64,000 nt of DNA from an uncultured Planctomycetales bacterium (lineage in GTDB: Bacteria; Omnitrophota; Gorgyraeia; Zapsychrales; Aceulaceae), in the NCBI GenBank assembly GCA_964648665.1, contig CAZYOA010000001.1:176128-240127 (forward strand). The letters run 5' to 3'. This document shows positions 36,479 to 46,451 of this stretch, piece after piece. Each line of letters starts with the position of its first letter. Within the stretch, counting starts at the first letter, position 1. The translations under genes were made by a program, and so were the position numbers. The notes below the pieces were generated by a model that did not search any database, was not told where the DNA came from, and saw only the letters and a program-made list of their open reading frames with translations.

Positions 36479-37543
36479 ATGAAAATAATTATTGCAGCAG
36501 GAGGAACGGGTGGGCATGTTTTTCCAGCAATATCAACTGCACAAGAATTGCTAAGGTCTCATCAAGTTATTTTTTTTACGACTGATGGTTTGGCTGCAGA
36601 AATTATAAAGAAATCTAAATTTCAGCCTTGGATAGTTTGTCAAAAGAAAAGGTCATCAGATAATATTATTATTTTTGTAATAAAAATGATTCAAGCTGCG
36701 AGGGAGTGTTTTTATATTTTAAGAAAGATTTTACCAGATGTTGTTGTTGGCTTTGGAGGCTATCCGTCGTTTCCAGTTGTTTTTGCTGCTTGGATTCTAA
36801 AAATTCCGGTTGTCATTCATGAGCAGAATGTTGTTGCTGGTCGAGCAAACCGATTAGCGGCAATGTTTGCTAGTAAAATTGCCATTAGTTTTGATGAAGC
36901 AAGTCGATACTTTGATTCTAAAAAGGTTGTTTTGACCGGATGTCCTTCACGTTTCACGAGTAATCAGACAAGAACCCGAGAAGATTTTGAGAGTTTTGAT
37001 TTTAAAATCGGATGTCCAACAGTTCTTGTTTTTGGTGGGAGTCAAGCAAGCCAAAGAATTAACAAGGCATTTTCAGAGGCAGCTGTCTTTTTTAAAGGGA
37101 ATTTTAATTTTCAGTTCATTCATATTTGCGGCAAAGACGATTATTCTAAGCTTTGGAAGAAATATTCTGAAAATAAATTAAATTTTAAGCTTTTTGATTT
37201 CTTTGATGACATAGGATCTGCTTATCGTGTTGCGGACTTAGTTATTGCACGATCAGGCGCCTCGACAATTTCTGAACTTATTGCATTTAAAAAGTATTCG
37301 ATTTTAGTTCCGTATCCATCCGAAAAAGTTCATCAAAAAGAAAATGCTTTAGTGCTTTCGAATTTGGGTGTCTCTACAGTCATTGAGGATTCGAATCTTT
37401 CTTCGAACCGGCTGTATAATCAAATTTTGTCATTCTTCAAAGATAAAGAGAATAAAATAAATTTAGATAAAAATTTATTTCCGGAATCGGATATACAGGC
37501 ATCTCAGCGTTTGGCTCAAGAAGTAGAGAGGACTGCTTTTTGA
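36479..37543 (+). CDS. murG: UDP-N-acetylglucosamine--N-acetylmuramyl-(pentapeptide) pyrophosphoryl-undecaprenol GlcNAc transferase
   Basis: MKIIIAAGGTGGHVFPA start (ATG 36479, preferred over 36422, which overlaps ftsW); HEQN, GGSQAS. Confidence 0.9.
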   Translation: MKIIIAAGGTGGHVFPAISTAQELLRSHQVIFFTTDGLAAEIIKKSKFQPWIVCQKKRSSDNIIIFVIKMIQAARECFYILRKILPDVVVGFGGYPSFPVVFAAWILKIPVVIHEQNVVAGRANRLAAMFASKIAISFDEASRYFDSKKVVLTGCPSRFTSNQTRTREDFESFDFKIGCPTVLVFGGSQASQRINKAFSEAAVFFKGNFNFQFIHICGKDDYSKLWKKYSENKLNFKLFDFFDDIGSAYRVADLVIARSGASTISELIAFKKYSILVPYPSEKVHQKENALVLSNLGVSTVIEDSNLSSNRLYNQILSFFKDKENKINLDKNLFPESDIQASQRLAQEVERTAF

Positions 37544-38313
37544 AGAGATTAACATTTTTTATTTTAGTAACATTACTCTTGGGATTTCTTCCTGTTTCAT
37601 CGGCATCAAGCGAATGGAAAGAATTGAAGGGGCGTCATTTTGTTATATATTATAAGTCTTCACCTCGCGATTTTATCAAGACGGTTTTAGATTCTGCAGA
37701 GGATTATTATTATACGATTATTGATGATTTTGGATTCACAAGAGATAAGATTTGGACATGGGATGAACGGGTGAAAATTTATATTTATGATAGTCAAGAT
37801 GATTATATTACGGGTGCCAAGCAGGCCCATTGGTCGGCTGGATCAACAATGTTAGGTTCAAAAACAATACGAACATTTCCGTCGGCTCATGGTTTTTTTG
37901 ATTCACTTTTGCCTCATGAACTTGGGCATATAATTTTTAGAGATTACGTTGGATTTGAATCTAAGATTCCTTTATGGTTTGATGAGGGTGTTGCGATGTA
38001 TCAGGAAAAAGCAAAACGCTGGGGTTCAAATCAGCTTGTGAGTCAGGCGATTAAAGAAAAAACTTTTAAAAATTTATCAGAATTAACTCTTACGCGTAAA
38101 TCGACGCAGGAGGATGTTAATTTATTTTATGCAGAATCAGCAAGTATTGTTTATTATTTGATTTCTGAATTTGGAAGTTTTAGATTTCAGAATTTTTGCC
38201 GAAATCTTAAAAAAGGATTATCGTTTAATCGTTCACTTAAAAAAGCTTATTATCGTTTTTCTAATGTTGAGCAGTTAAATAAAGCTTGGGTATCATATTT
38301 AAAAAATGACTAA
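37540..38313 (+). CDS. Secreted HExxH zinc-metallopeptidase-like protein (peptidase MA / gluzincin-type arrangement)
   Basis: TTG start overlapping the murG stop. Signal peptide MKRLTFFILVTLLLGFLPVSSASS; HELGH followed 20 aa later by WFDEGVAMY (candidate third ligand Glu). Confidence 0.6.
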   Translation: MKRLTFFILVTLLLGFLPVSSASSEWKELKGRHFVIYYKSSPRDFIKTVLDSAEDYYYTIIDDFGFTRDKIWTWDERVKIYIYDSQDDYITGAKQAHWSAGSTMLGSKTIRTFPSAHGFFDSLLPHELGHIIFRDYVGFESKIPLWFDEGVAMYQEKAKRWGSNQLVSQAIKEKTFKNLSELTLTRKSTQEDVNLFYAESASIVYYLISEFGSFRFQNFCRNLKKGLSFNRSLKKAYYRFSNVEQLNKAWVSYLKND

Positions 38314-39664
38314 ATATTATCATCTTATAGGAATCGGTGGAATTGGCGTCGGAACATTGGCGTTACTCTTTTTAGATAATGGGATTTCAATTAGTGGATC
38401 AGATCTTGCAGATAATGATATGACTCGGCTTTTAAGAGATAGAGGGGCGAAGATTTTTATTGGGCATTTAGCTGAGAATATTTCAAATCCAGATTGTGTT
38501 ATTTGCTCATCAGCTATATCACAAGATAATCCGGAAATCATTGAAGCAAAGAAAAAAAAGATTTTAATTAAAAAAAGAGGTCAGGCGCTTGCTGAGTTGG
38601 TTGAGGAAAAAGAGACGATCATTATTGCAGGGGCACACGGAAAAACAACGACAAGTGCTTTAGTTGCACATATTTTATCTATTGCTGGATTAGATCCAGC
38701 CGCTGCCATTGGAGGAGTTGTAAAGACGGGCCAATATAGTAGTCTTTGTGGAAAGGGAAAGCATTTTGTTGCTGAAGCAGATGAAAGCGATGGATCATTT
38801 TTATATTTTCATCCGAAACAAGCGATTATTACTAATGCTGATTTTGAGCATGTTGATTTTTATAAAAATTTGGAAAACTTGATTGATGCATATAAGAAAT
38901 TTATTTCTCAGATTCATGAAAATGGAAGTCTTTTTTATTGTGGTGATGATAAAACGTTAAATCAATTAGCTCAAGAATTTAAAGGATCAAAAACAAGCTA
39001 CGGACTTGATTCTAGTAATGATATTTTTGCAGATGAAATCATATCAAATGGTTTTAAAACTAAATTTTGTTATCACGGCAAAGAACAAGATAGTTTTGAA
39101 TTTGAACTTAATATTCCGGGATATCATAATATCTTAAATGCGTTAGGGGCTATTGGAATGTCATTGTCGTTGGGTGTTTCTGTGGAAAATATTAAGAAAA
39201 GTTTAGAAACATTTCAGGGCGTGGAAAGACGTTTTTCTTGGCATGGAGATTTCAAGGGTGTTTGTGTTGTTGATGATTATGCACATCATCCAAAGGAAAT
39301 AGCTGTAACGCTTAAAGCTGCAAAGAATTTTAAGAAGAAGAGAGTTGTTGTTGTTTTTCAGCCTCATCGGTTTTCAAGAACGAGTCATTTTAAGGATGAG
39401 TTTGTTGATGTTTTACAAAATTGCGATCAACTTATTATTACTGATATCTATAGCGCTAGTGAAAAACCTCAGGGTCAAATATCAGCGTCTATGATCTGCG
39501 ATGAAATAAGTCAGAAACGAGAAAATTTCGCTGTTTATCAAGAATATGATTGTATTGTTGATTATCTTTTAGAAAACTCTGTAGAAGGGGATTTTGTTTT
39601 ATTTTTAGGTGCTGGAAATATTAACCGATTAGCTAAGAAGCTTTCTGAACAATTGGCAGGGTGA
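38306..39664 (+). CDS. murC: UDP-N-acetylmuramate--L-alanine ligase
   Basis: GIGGIGVGTLA, GAHGKTTT, DDYAHHP. Confidence 0.9.
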   Translation: MTKYYHLIGIGGIGVGTLALLFLDNGISISGSDLADNDMTRLLRDRGAKIFIGHLAENISNPDCVICSSAISQDNPEIIEAKKKKILIKKRGQALAELVEEKETIIIAGAHGKTTTSALVAHILSIAGLDPAAAIGGVVKTGQYSSLCGKGKHFVAEADESDGSFLYFHPKQAIITNADFEHVDFYKNLENLIDAYKKFISQIHENGSLFYCGDDKTLNQLAQEFKGSKTSYGLDSSNDIFADEIISNGFKTKFCYHGKEQDSFEFELNIPGYHNILNALGAIGMSLSLGVSVENIKKSLETFQGVERRFSWHGDFKGVCVVDDYAHHPKEIAVTLKAAKNFKKKRVVVVFQPHRFSRTSHFKDEFVDVLQNCDQLIITDIYSASEKPQGQISASMICDEISQKRENFAVYQEYDCIVDYLLENSVEGDFVLFLGAGNINRLAKKLSEQLAG

Positions 39665-39670
39665 GTATAA

Positions 39671-40639
39671 ATGAATTTTAATTTTGATATTGATAAGAAT
39701 ATTTTTGAAAAACGTATTGGTGTTTTGATGGGCGGATGTTCTTCTGAAAGAAATATTTCGATTAAGTCAGGAACAGCTGTTTATAATGCATTGAAAGAGT
39801 CAGGGTGTTCTGTTTTATTAATTGATATTGTTTCTGAGGATGAAAATGAAGTAGTTGATCAGCTAAGAAGTCAGGAAGTAGATCTCGCTTTTATTGCACT
39901 CCATGGTCGCTTTGGAGAGGACGGAATAATTCAGAAGATTTTAGAGAAATTGAGAATTCCGTATTCTGGATCAGGTCCAGCTGCAAGTCGCATTGCAATA
40001 AATAAAATTCTGACTTATGAAGCGATCAAAGAAAAAAACGTTCAAGTTTCGCCCTACATTGCACTTTCTTCTGATACAAGTAATGATTATAATCAGATTA
40101 TTAAAAAAGAATTTTCAGGCGAATCTCTTATTGTAAAACCATGTTCTGAAGGTTCTAGTATAGGTATTAATATTATTAATAATTATAATAATTTAAATGA
40201 TGCGATTACGAAAGCTTTTTGCTATGATAAAGAAGTTATTGTTGAGCAATATATTTCTGGTAGAGAGTTTACTGTTGGAATTATTGGTTCTGAGCCCTTG
40301 CCTGTTGTTGAAATTTGTTCGAAAAATAGTTTTTTTGATTTTTCAGCTAAATATGAAGATGGCGAGACTAAATATATTGTTCCAGCGCAGATTGGCAATG
40401 ATATTGCAGAAAATATGCAAAAAATTGCAAAATGCGTGCATGAAGCTGTTGGTTGTGTTGACTTGTCGAGAACCGATTTTATTTTAGGCGATGATGGTGT
40501 GGCTTATGTTTTAGAGGTTAATACGATCCCAGGTATGACAAATACGAGCTTGCTTCCTAAGGCAGCATTAGCGATCGGTATTGATTTTAAAAAACTTTGT
40601 TTAATCTTAATGAGTTTAACTTATGGCAAAACGATATAA
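39671..40639 (+). CDS. ddl: D-alanine--D-alanine ligase
   Basis: ATP-grasp; GG.S.E...S..SG, LHGRFGEDG, EVNTIPGMT. Confidence 0.9.
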   Translation: MNFNFDIDKNIFEKRIGVLMGGCSSERNISIKSGTAVYNALKESGCSVLLIDIVSEDENEVVDQLRSQEVDLAFIALHGRFGEDGIIQKILEKLRIPYSGSGPAASRIAINKILTYEAIKEKNVQVSPYIALSSDTSNDYNQIIKKEFSGESLIVKPCSEGSSIGINIINNYNNLNDAITKAFCYDKEVIVEQYISGREFTVGIIGSEPLPVVEICSKNSFFDFSAKYEDGETKYIVPAQIGNDIAENMQKIAKCVHEAVGCVDLSRTDFILGDDGVAYVLEVNTIPGMTNTSLLPKAALAIGIDFKKLCLILMSLTYGKTI

Positions 40640-41402
40640 AAGACGTAAAAAGCAAACATTTAATTTCTCGATCTTTCAAGGTCAGTTTGTCCGTTATTTT
40701 GTTGCAATCCTTTTAATTGGATTTATTGTTTTTATATCAACAAAGAAGGGTATTCAGGCTTTTAGAAATTTATCTTATTTTAAAGTTTCATCTATTCGTT
40801 CTTCGACGGGAGAGATTTTTAAAGAAGAAAAACGCTTTTCTTATTTAAAAGGAAAAAATATTTTCTCAGTTGATCTTCAGGAATTTGAGCGTCAATTGAG
40901 ATGGGCATATCCTCAGGCAAAGAGTGTGCGCGTGTTGCGTCAATTGCCAAATGTGATTACGGTTGAGATTAGTGAGCGTGTGCCGTTTGCAATTATTTCA
41001 ATTGCTCGATTAAATGTAACTGTTGATGAAAAGGGATTTGTTGTTTCTAAAACAGCGGTAAATAAAAATCTTCCTCTTATTCTTGGCGTTTCATATCGAT
41101 CAGATAAAGTATTGGTTGGTCGTGTCATCGAGAGCAAGAGCGCTCAGCTTGCTATTTCAATCTTAAAGGCATTTAAAAGTGAATCTCTATCATCACGTAT
41201 TAAAATTGAAAAAGTGAATATCGGGAATTTATCAAAAATTTATTGTTATATTAAAGATGGACCAGAGGTTATTATCGACCAGGATCGTGTTACAGAAAAA
41301 ACTAAGACTTTAAAAATGGTGCTTAATAAAATGAGCGTAAAAATCGAAGATCTTCGATATATTGATTTACGATTTAAAGAGCCTGTTATAAGGAAGAAAT
41401 GA
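40623..41402 (+). CDS. ftsQ: Cell division protein FtsQ (POTRA domain)
   Basis: N-terminal basic tail plus one TM, POTRA-like region. Conserved position between ddl and ftsA. Confidence 0.7.
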   Translation: MAKRYKRRKKQTFNFSIFQGQFVRYFVAILLIGFIVFISTKKGIQAFRNLSYFKVSSIRSSTGEIFKEEKRFSYLKGKNIFSVDLQEFERQLRWAYPQAKSVRVLRQLPNVITVEISERVPFAIISIARLNVTVDEKGFVVSKTAVNKNLPLILGVSYRSDKVLVGRVIESKSAQLAISILKAFKSESLSSRIKIEKVNIGNLSKIYCYIKDGPEVIIDQDRVTEKTKTLKMVLNKMSVKIEDLRYIDLRFKEPVIRKK

Positions 41403-42625
41403 TCAAGGAAAAGATTTATTGTGGTCTAGATTTGGGTTCTCAGAAAATCAAGGCGAGTATAATGCGGATTTCAAAGGATCAACTTGATCTTTTGGGTGTT
41501 TCGCAAATTAATGCTCAAGGTATCTTAAGTTCATCAGTTACTGACTTAAGAGAGCTTTGTGATTGTACGCATCGCATTCTATCAGGCTTGTCTAAGAAAT
41601 CTGGCATAAAAATTAAGAATGTTAATCTTGGTCTGGGTGGTCATCTAGTTGATAGCCGTAACAGTCAGACAGTTATTCCTCTTACAGATCGAGGAAGCAA
41701 GGTGATTACATCTTTTGATATTCGAAAAATTAGTCGGCAAACTTGTCTTTTAGGTGTAAATTTAGATGAGCGATTATTTCATAATTTCCCAACACGATAC
41801 GTTGTTGATGGTTTTAATGTTGCGACGAACCCTTTGGGGTTGTATGGACGAAAGCTTGAAGTAGACAGTCTTTTGTTAGTTGCAAAGAATAATTTAGTTA
41901 ATAACATTTATAAATCTGTTAATCAAGCGGGTTTTGAGATCTCAAGAATCTTTTTTTCTTCGCTTTCTGCTGCTAAAATTGGCTTATCTTCGCAACAAAA
42001 AAAAGATGGATGTCTTTTTGTAAGCATAGGAACTGAAGTGACGGATATTTTATTTTTTAAAGATTATCTTTTGAAAGCTGTACGGATTATTCCTTGGGGC
42101 GGAAATCATTTAACGAATGCAATTAGTAAAGAGCTTGGCTTGCCGTTTGATTTGTCTGAGGATATCAAGCGATCATATGCATCTGTTTCGGATTGCGACC
42201 AAGAAGTCGAGCAGGGTGAAATTTTAGTAAAAAAAGATTCTGGATATATTCCAATACAGCGAGGAGATGTTTCGAAAGCAATTTGTTCATCGGTGCATGA
42301 TTTTATTAAGCAATTCTGTAATCTTCTTAATCAGGAGAAAATTATTGAACATTTATCTCAGGGTATCGTTATGAGTGGGGGTGGATCTTTGTTGCCTGGA
42401 TTGCTTGAACAAATTGAGAAGAAAACAAAGTTGCAGACTCAAATCGGAAAAGTTGGGGTTGAGTCTAGGCGCTTAAGTAATCCGGCTGTTTATGCGGCAG
42501 CAATAGGTTTAGCGCAAGATAATGGCAAGGATTCGTTGAATAATATTTTTTCACCAAATGAAAGTGGATCAGTGGTTAAGCGTTTTTCTAATCGAGTTAA
42601 AGAAATTTACCAGGAGTATTTTTAA
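41399..42625 (+). CDS. ftsA: Cell division protein FtsA (actin-like ATPase)
   Basis: GLDLGSQKIKA phosphate-1 motif, SGGGSLLPG, C-terminal amphipathic tail VKRFSNRVKEIYQEYF. Confidence 0.85.
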   Translation: MIKEKIYCGLDLGSQKIKASIMRISKDQLDLLGVSQINAQGILSSSVTDLRELCDCTHRILSGLSKKSGIKIKNVNLGLGGHLVDSRNSQTVIPLTDRGSKVITSFDIRKISRQTCLLGVNLDERLFHNFPTRYVVDGFNVATNPLGLYGRKLEVDSLLLVAKNNLVNNIYKSVNQAGFEISRIFFSSLSAAKIGLSSQQKKDGCLFVSIGTEVTDILFFKDYLLKAVRIIPWGGNHLTNAISKELGLPFDLSEDIKRSYASVSDCDQEVEQGEILVKKDSGYIPIQRGDVSKAICSSVHDFIKQFCNLLNQEKIIEHLSQGIVMSGGGSLLPGLLEQIEKKTKLQTQIGKVGVESRRLSNPAVYAAAIGLAQDNGKDSLNNIFSPNESGSVVKRFSNRVKEIYQEYF

Positions 42626-43596
42626 TGAATAGTTTAAAAGATTCAAAAGTTGTTGTTACGGGTGGAGCTGGGTGTATTGGTTCTTTTGTTGTTGATGAAG
42701 TTTTGCGACAGGGTGCCAAAGAAGTTGTTGTTGTTGATAATTTTGTACGTGGATTAAAGAAAAATATTGAACCTGCCTTATCAACGGGAAGAGCACGTTT
42801 GATGGAGGAAGATATTAGAGATGCTGATGCTATGAAAGAAGCTTTTAAGGGTGTTGATTATTGTTTTCATTTAGCATCTTTAAAAATTATTCAGTGTAAT
42901 GCTGAACCTCGTCATGCTTTAGAAGTTAATGTTGATGGAACATTTAATGTTTTAGAAGCATGTGCACAAAATAATGTTAAAAAAATTGTTTTATCTTCAA
43001 CCGCTTCAGTTTATGGACATGCGGATAATTTTCCGACTCAAGAAACTCATCATCCTTATAATAGTTATACTTTGTATGGTGCTTTTAAGGTTGCCAATGA
43101 ATTGATGTTTCAGTCCTTTTACCAGATGAATGGACTAAAGTTTAATACTCTTCGTTATTTTAATGTTTTTGGGCCGAGAATGGACGCGCATGGAAAATAT
43201 ACAGAAGTTTTGATTCGTTGGTATCAGTTGATTAAGAAAGGTGAGCAGCCTTTAATTTATGGTGATGGAAAGCAAACTATGGATTTTATTTATGTTGAAG
43301 ATGTTGCGCGCGCAACCGTTTTAGCTTTAACGGCAGATACTTGTAATCAAGTTTTTAATTGCGCAAGCGGAAAAGAAACCTCGCTTGAAGAACTTTGTTG
43401 TGCACTGCTAGAAGTTATGAAATCTGATTTAAAGCCAAAGTATATAGACATGCCAGCGGATAGGAATAAAATTGAAGTTCTTAGACGATTGGCAGATGTT
43501 TCAAAGGCAAGAGAAAATATTGATTTTCAGGTTGAGGTTGACTTAAGGCAGGGGCTAGAAAGACTTGTGCAATGGCTTGAGGCGGAGAAAATTTAA
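42625..43596 (+). CDS. NAD-dependent nucleotide-sugar epimerase/dehydratase (extended SDR)
   Basis: TGGAGCIGS Rossmann motif, SSTASVYG, YGAFK (YxxxK). The ATG overlaps the ftsA stop (TAATG). Confidence 0.85.
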   Translation: MNSLKDSKVVVTGGAGCIGSFVVDEVLRQGAKEVVVVDNFVRGLKKNIEPALSTGRARLMEEDIRDADAMKEAFKGVDYCFHLASLKIIQCNAEPRHALEVNVDGTFNVLEACAQNNVKKIVLSSTASVYGHADNFPTQETHHPYNSYTLYGAFKVANELMFQSFYQMNGLKFNTLRYFNVFGPRMDAHGKYTEVLIRWYQLIKKGEQPLIYGDGKQTMDFIYVEDVARATVLALTADTCNQVFNCASGKETSLEELCCALLEVMKSDLKPKYIDMPADRNKIEVLRRLADVSKARENIDFQVEVDLRQGLERLVQWLEAEKI

Positions 43597-44855
43597 TGAA
43601 AATGATACCTATCACGCGTCCTTTTTTAGGTGAAGAAGAGGTTGAGGCAGCAGCGCGATCTATTCGCTCGGGTTGGGTTACGCAAGGTCCAAAAGTTAAG
43701 GAATTTGAAGATGCTTTTGCGTCGTTTGTTGGCGCCAAACATGCTTGTGCGGTATCAAATTGTACAACCGCACTTCATTTAGCTCTGTTGGCGGTTGGGG
43801 TTAAGCCTGGTGATGTTGTTATAACTGTTAGTCATTCTTTTATCGCAACAGCGAATAGTGTGCGTTATTGTGGCGGAGAGCCAGTTTTTGTAGATATTGA
43901 ATCACAGAGTGTTAATATGTGCCCGAAAGCTTTGAAACTTTTTTTAGAGAATGATTGTGAAAAAAGGCCGACTGGTTTATTTTATAAGCATGTTAATCGT
44001 TTAATTCGAAAAGAATCGCCTTTGTCTAATTTAGTTGGGCAGGATAAAGGGAAAATAGAGAATGTTGGACGAATTTCTGCTATTGTTGCTGTTCATCAAT
44101 TAGGAATTCCGTGTGATTTAAGGAATATTTTACCGCTTTCAAATTTGTATAAAATTCCTGTTGTTGAAGATGCTGCATTTGCTACTGGAAGTGAAATTTC
44201 TTTTGATGATGGGAAAGTTTGGGAAAAAATCGGAAAGCCTCATGGCGACATTGCATGTTTTTCTTTTCACCCTAGAAAACCTTTGGTCACAGGGGAAGGT
44301 GGAATGCTAACAACAGCAAATGAGCAATATGATAGTATGTTTCGCTTGATGCGCCATCAGGGCATGGCAGTTTCAGATTTAGTTCGTCATCAGTCAAAGA
44401 AAATTATTATCGAAGATTATATTGTCACTGGATACAATTACCGTATGACAGATATCCAAGCCGCTATCGGTGTCGAGCAGCTTAAGCGTTTACCGGAGAT
44501 GATTCGAAAGAAGAAAGAAATTTCTGAGTTTTATTTAAAGAATTTCTCAGAAATTTCATGGGCAGAAAAGATTTTAGATCCATCTTATGGTCATTCGAAC
44601 TGTCAAAATTTTCCTATTGTTTTAAACGAATCTGCACCATTGGATCGAGACGAAATAATGCAATATTTCTTGGATCGAGGTATTTCAACGCGTCCGTGTG
44701 TTATGAATTCACATCATGAAATTCCTTATAAATCAGATTTATGGTCTTTGCCAAATTCAGATCGGACTCGCAATCGAGGTATTTTGTTGCCTTTATTTTA
44801 CGAGATAACTGATCAGGAATTAGAACAAATTGTTGAGGCTTTTAAGAATGTCTAA
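43596..44855 (+). CDS. DegT/DnrJ/EryC1/StrS-family PLP-dependent sugar aminotransferase
   Basis: PITRPFLGEEE, G.VTQGPKV.EFE, SFHPRKPLVTGEGGML (PLP Lys). The ATG overlaps the upstream stop. Confidence 0.85.
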   Translation: MKMIPITRPFLGEEEVEAAARSIRSGWVTQGPKVKEFEDAFASFVGAKHACAVSNCTTALHLALLAVGVKPGDVVITVSHSFIATANSVRYCGGEPVFVDIESQSVNMCPKALKLFLENDCEKRPTGLFYKHVNRLIRKESPLSNLVGQDKGKIENVGRISAIVAVHQLGIPCDLRNILPLSNLYKIPVVEDAAFATGSEISFDDGKVWEKIGKPHGDIACFSFHPRKPLVTGEGGMLTTANEQYDSMFRLMRHQGMAVSDLVRHQSKKIIIEDYIVTGYNYRMTDIQAAIGVEQLKRLPEMIRKKKEISEFYLKNFSEISWAEKILDPSYGHSNCQNFPIVLNESAPLDRDEIMQYFLDRGISTRPCVMNSHHEIPYKSDLWSLPNSDRTRNRGILLPLFYEITDQELEQIVEAFKNV

Positions 44856-45498
44856 AGATTTAATTTTATTTCCATTTGGTGGTAGTGCAAGAGAAGCTCT
44901 TGTGACAATTCAGTCGTGCTCTATTTTATCTGACGAGTGGAATATTCTTGGTTTCGTAGACGACAACTCGGAGTTAAAAGATAAAGAATGTTGTGATGTT
45001 AAAGTTTTAGGAGGGCGTGAAGTTTTTGATCAAAATAAAAATGCTTATGTTTTGGCTGTTCCGGCTCATCCAGATAGTTATTTAAAAAGAAAAATGATTA
45101 TTGATAATCTTGGCATTGATTTTAAAAGATGGGCAACGATTATTCATTCGAGTTGTGTTGTTTCGAAAGATGCGCAAATAGGCGTAAATACAATCGTTAT
45201 GCCTTATGGATTTATAAGTTCTAAAGCAAGTATTGGTAATCATTGTGTTATTTTATCGCGATCTATTATTTCACATGATGTAAAAATAAAGGATTATTGT
45301 TGCCTTGGTGGCCATGTAACAATCTCTGGATCTGTTGTGATTGATGAGCAATCTTATATTGGATCATCGGCAACAATTCGAGAAGATATTTCAATAGGTA
45401 GAGGTGCTTTAGTTGGCATGGGATCTAATGTTGTTGGTAATCTTCAGTCAGGTGTTGTTGTTGTTGGAAATCCGGCAAAAGAAATTCGAAAAGAATAG
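44848..45498 (+). CDS. Sugar N-acetyltransferase, NeuD/PglD-like (left-handed beta-helix)
   Basis: N-terminal Rossmann-like LILFPFGGSAREAL...ILGFVDDN, then hexapeptide repeats (IG.N..I). Start taken at ATG 44848 (MSKDL...). Confidence 0.8.
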   Translation: MSKDLILFPFGGSAREALVTIQSCSILSDEWNILGFVDDNSELKDKECCDVKVLGGREVFDQNKNAYVLAVPAHPDSYLKRKMIIDNLGIDFKRWATIIHSSCVVSKDAQIGVNTIVMPYGFISSKASIGNHCVILSRSIISHDVKIKDYCCLGGHVTISGSVVIDEQSYIGSSATIREDISIGRGALVGMGSNVVGNLQSGVVVVGNPAKEIRKE

Positions 45499-45525
45499 TA
45501 TAAAAAATTATACAAGGAAATAAAA

Positions 45526-46446
45526 ATGATCTCAGTAATTTTTCCCGTATTTAATGAGCAGGATAATCTCCAAGAATTATATCAGCGCTTGTCATCCGCG
45601 GTAGAAAAGGTAGAGGGGTATGACTTTGAATTTATTTTTGTTGATGATTGCTCGGCTGATAAAACGCCAGAAATTTTAAAAGATTTACATTCAAAAGATC
45701 AGCGCGTGAAGATCATTCGATTTGCACGTAACTGTGGAGGTCATGCGGCTCTCATGGCTGGTCTTTATTCTTGCAAGGGTGATTGCGCGATAGCGTTGGC
45801 TGCAGATCTTCAAGATCCGCCTGAATTGATATTTGATTTAATTGCGAACTGGAAAGAAGGAGCAAAAATTGTTTGGGCAGCAAGATTAAAACGACAAGGC
45901 GAAAGTTTTTCAGTAAAAATATTTTCTAAGTTTTATTATACGTTAATCAATGTTTTAACAAATGTTCAAATGCCGAGTTTGGGAGTTGATGTTTTCTTGG
46001 CAGATCGCATAGCTATTGAATCTTTAAAAAGCATGCCAGAAAAACATAGCTCTATTTATATGGCGCTTGCGTGGCTTGGTTTCCCTCAAGCAACAATTGA
46101 ATATGTTAAAGAAGCAAGAGCTAATGGGGCTTCAAAGTGGAGTTTAAGTAAAAAAATTAAACTTATGATTGATTCGATTTTATCATTTAGTCATGTCTTG
46201 ATTCGATCAATGAGCATTTTTGGTTTTGTAACAGCGCTTGTTGGCTTTGCCTATGCGGCTTGGATTGTCGGAAAGGCATTGTTGTATGGATTTGCAGTTC
46301 AGGGGTGGTCTTCACTTATGGTGGCTATTCTTGTTGTTGGTGGCATTCAAATGATGATGCTTGGTGTTTTAGGTGAATATCTTTGGAGAACATTTGATGA
46401 ATCTCGTCGAAGACCGAGGTTTGTTATTGAGTATAAAATTGATTAA
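45526..46446 (+). CDS. Polyprenyl-phosphate glycosyltransferase, GT2 family (GtrB/ArnC/DPM1-like)
   Basis: ISVIFPVFNEQDN, VDDCSADKT, AADLQDPPE; two C-terminal TM helices typical of GtrB/ArnC. Confidence 0.85.
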   Translation: MISVIFPVFNEQDNLQELYQRLSSAVEKVEGYDFEFIFVDDCSADKTPEILKDLHSKDQRVKIIRFARNCGGHAALMAGLYSCKGDCAIALAADLQDPPELIFDLIANWKEGAKIVWAARLKRQGESFSVKIFSKFYYTLINVLTNVQMPSLGVDVFLADRIAIESLKSMPEKHSSIYMALAWLGFPQATIEYVKEARANGASKWSLSKKIKLMIDSILSFSHVLIRSMSIFGFVTALVGFAYAAWIVGKALLYGFAVQGWSSLMVAILVVGGIQMMMLGVLGEYLWRTFDESRRRPRFVIEYKID

Positions 46447-46451
46447 AGATT

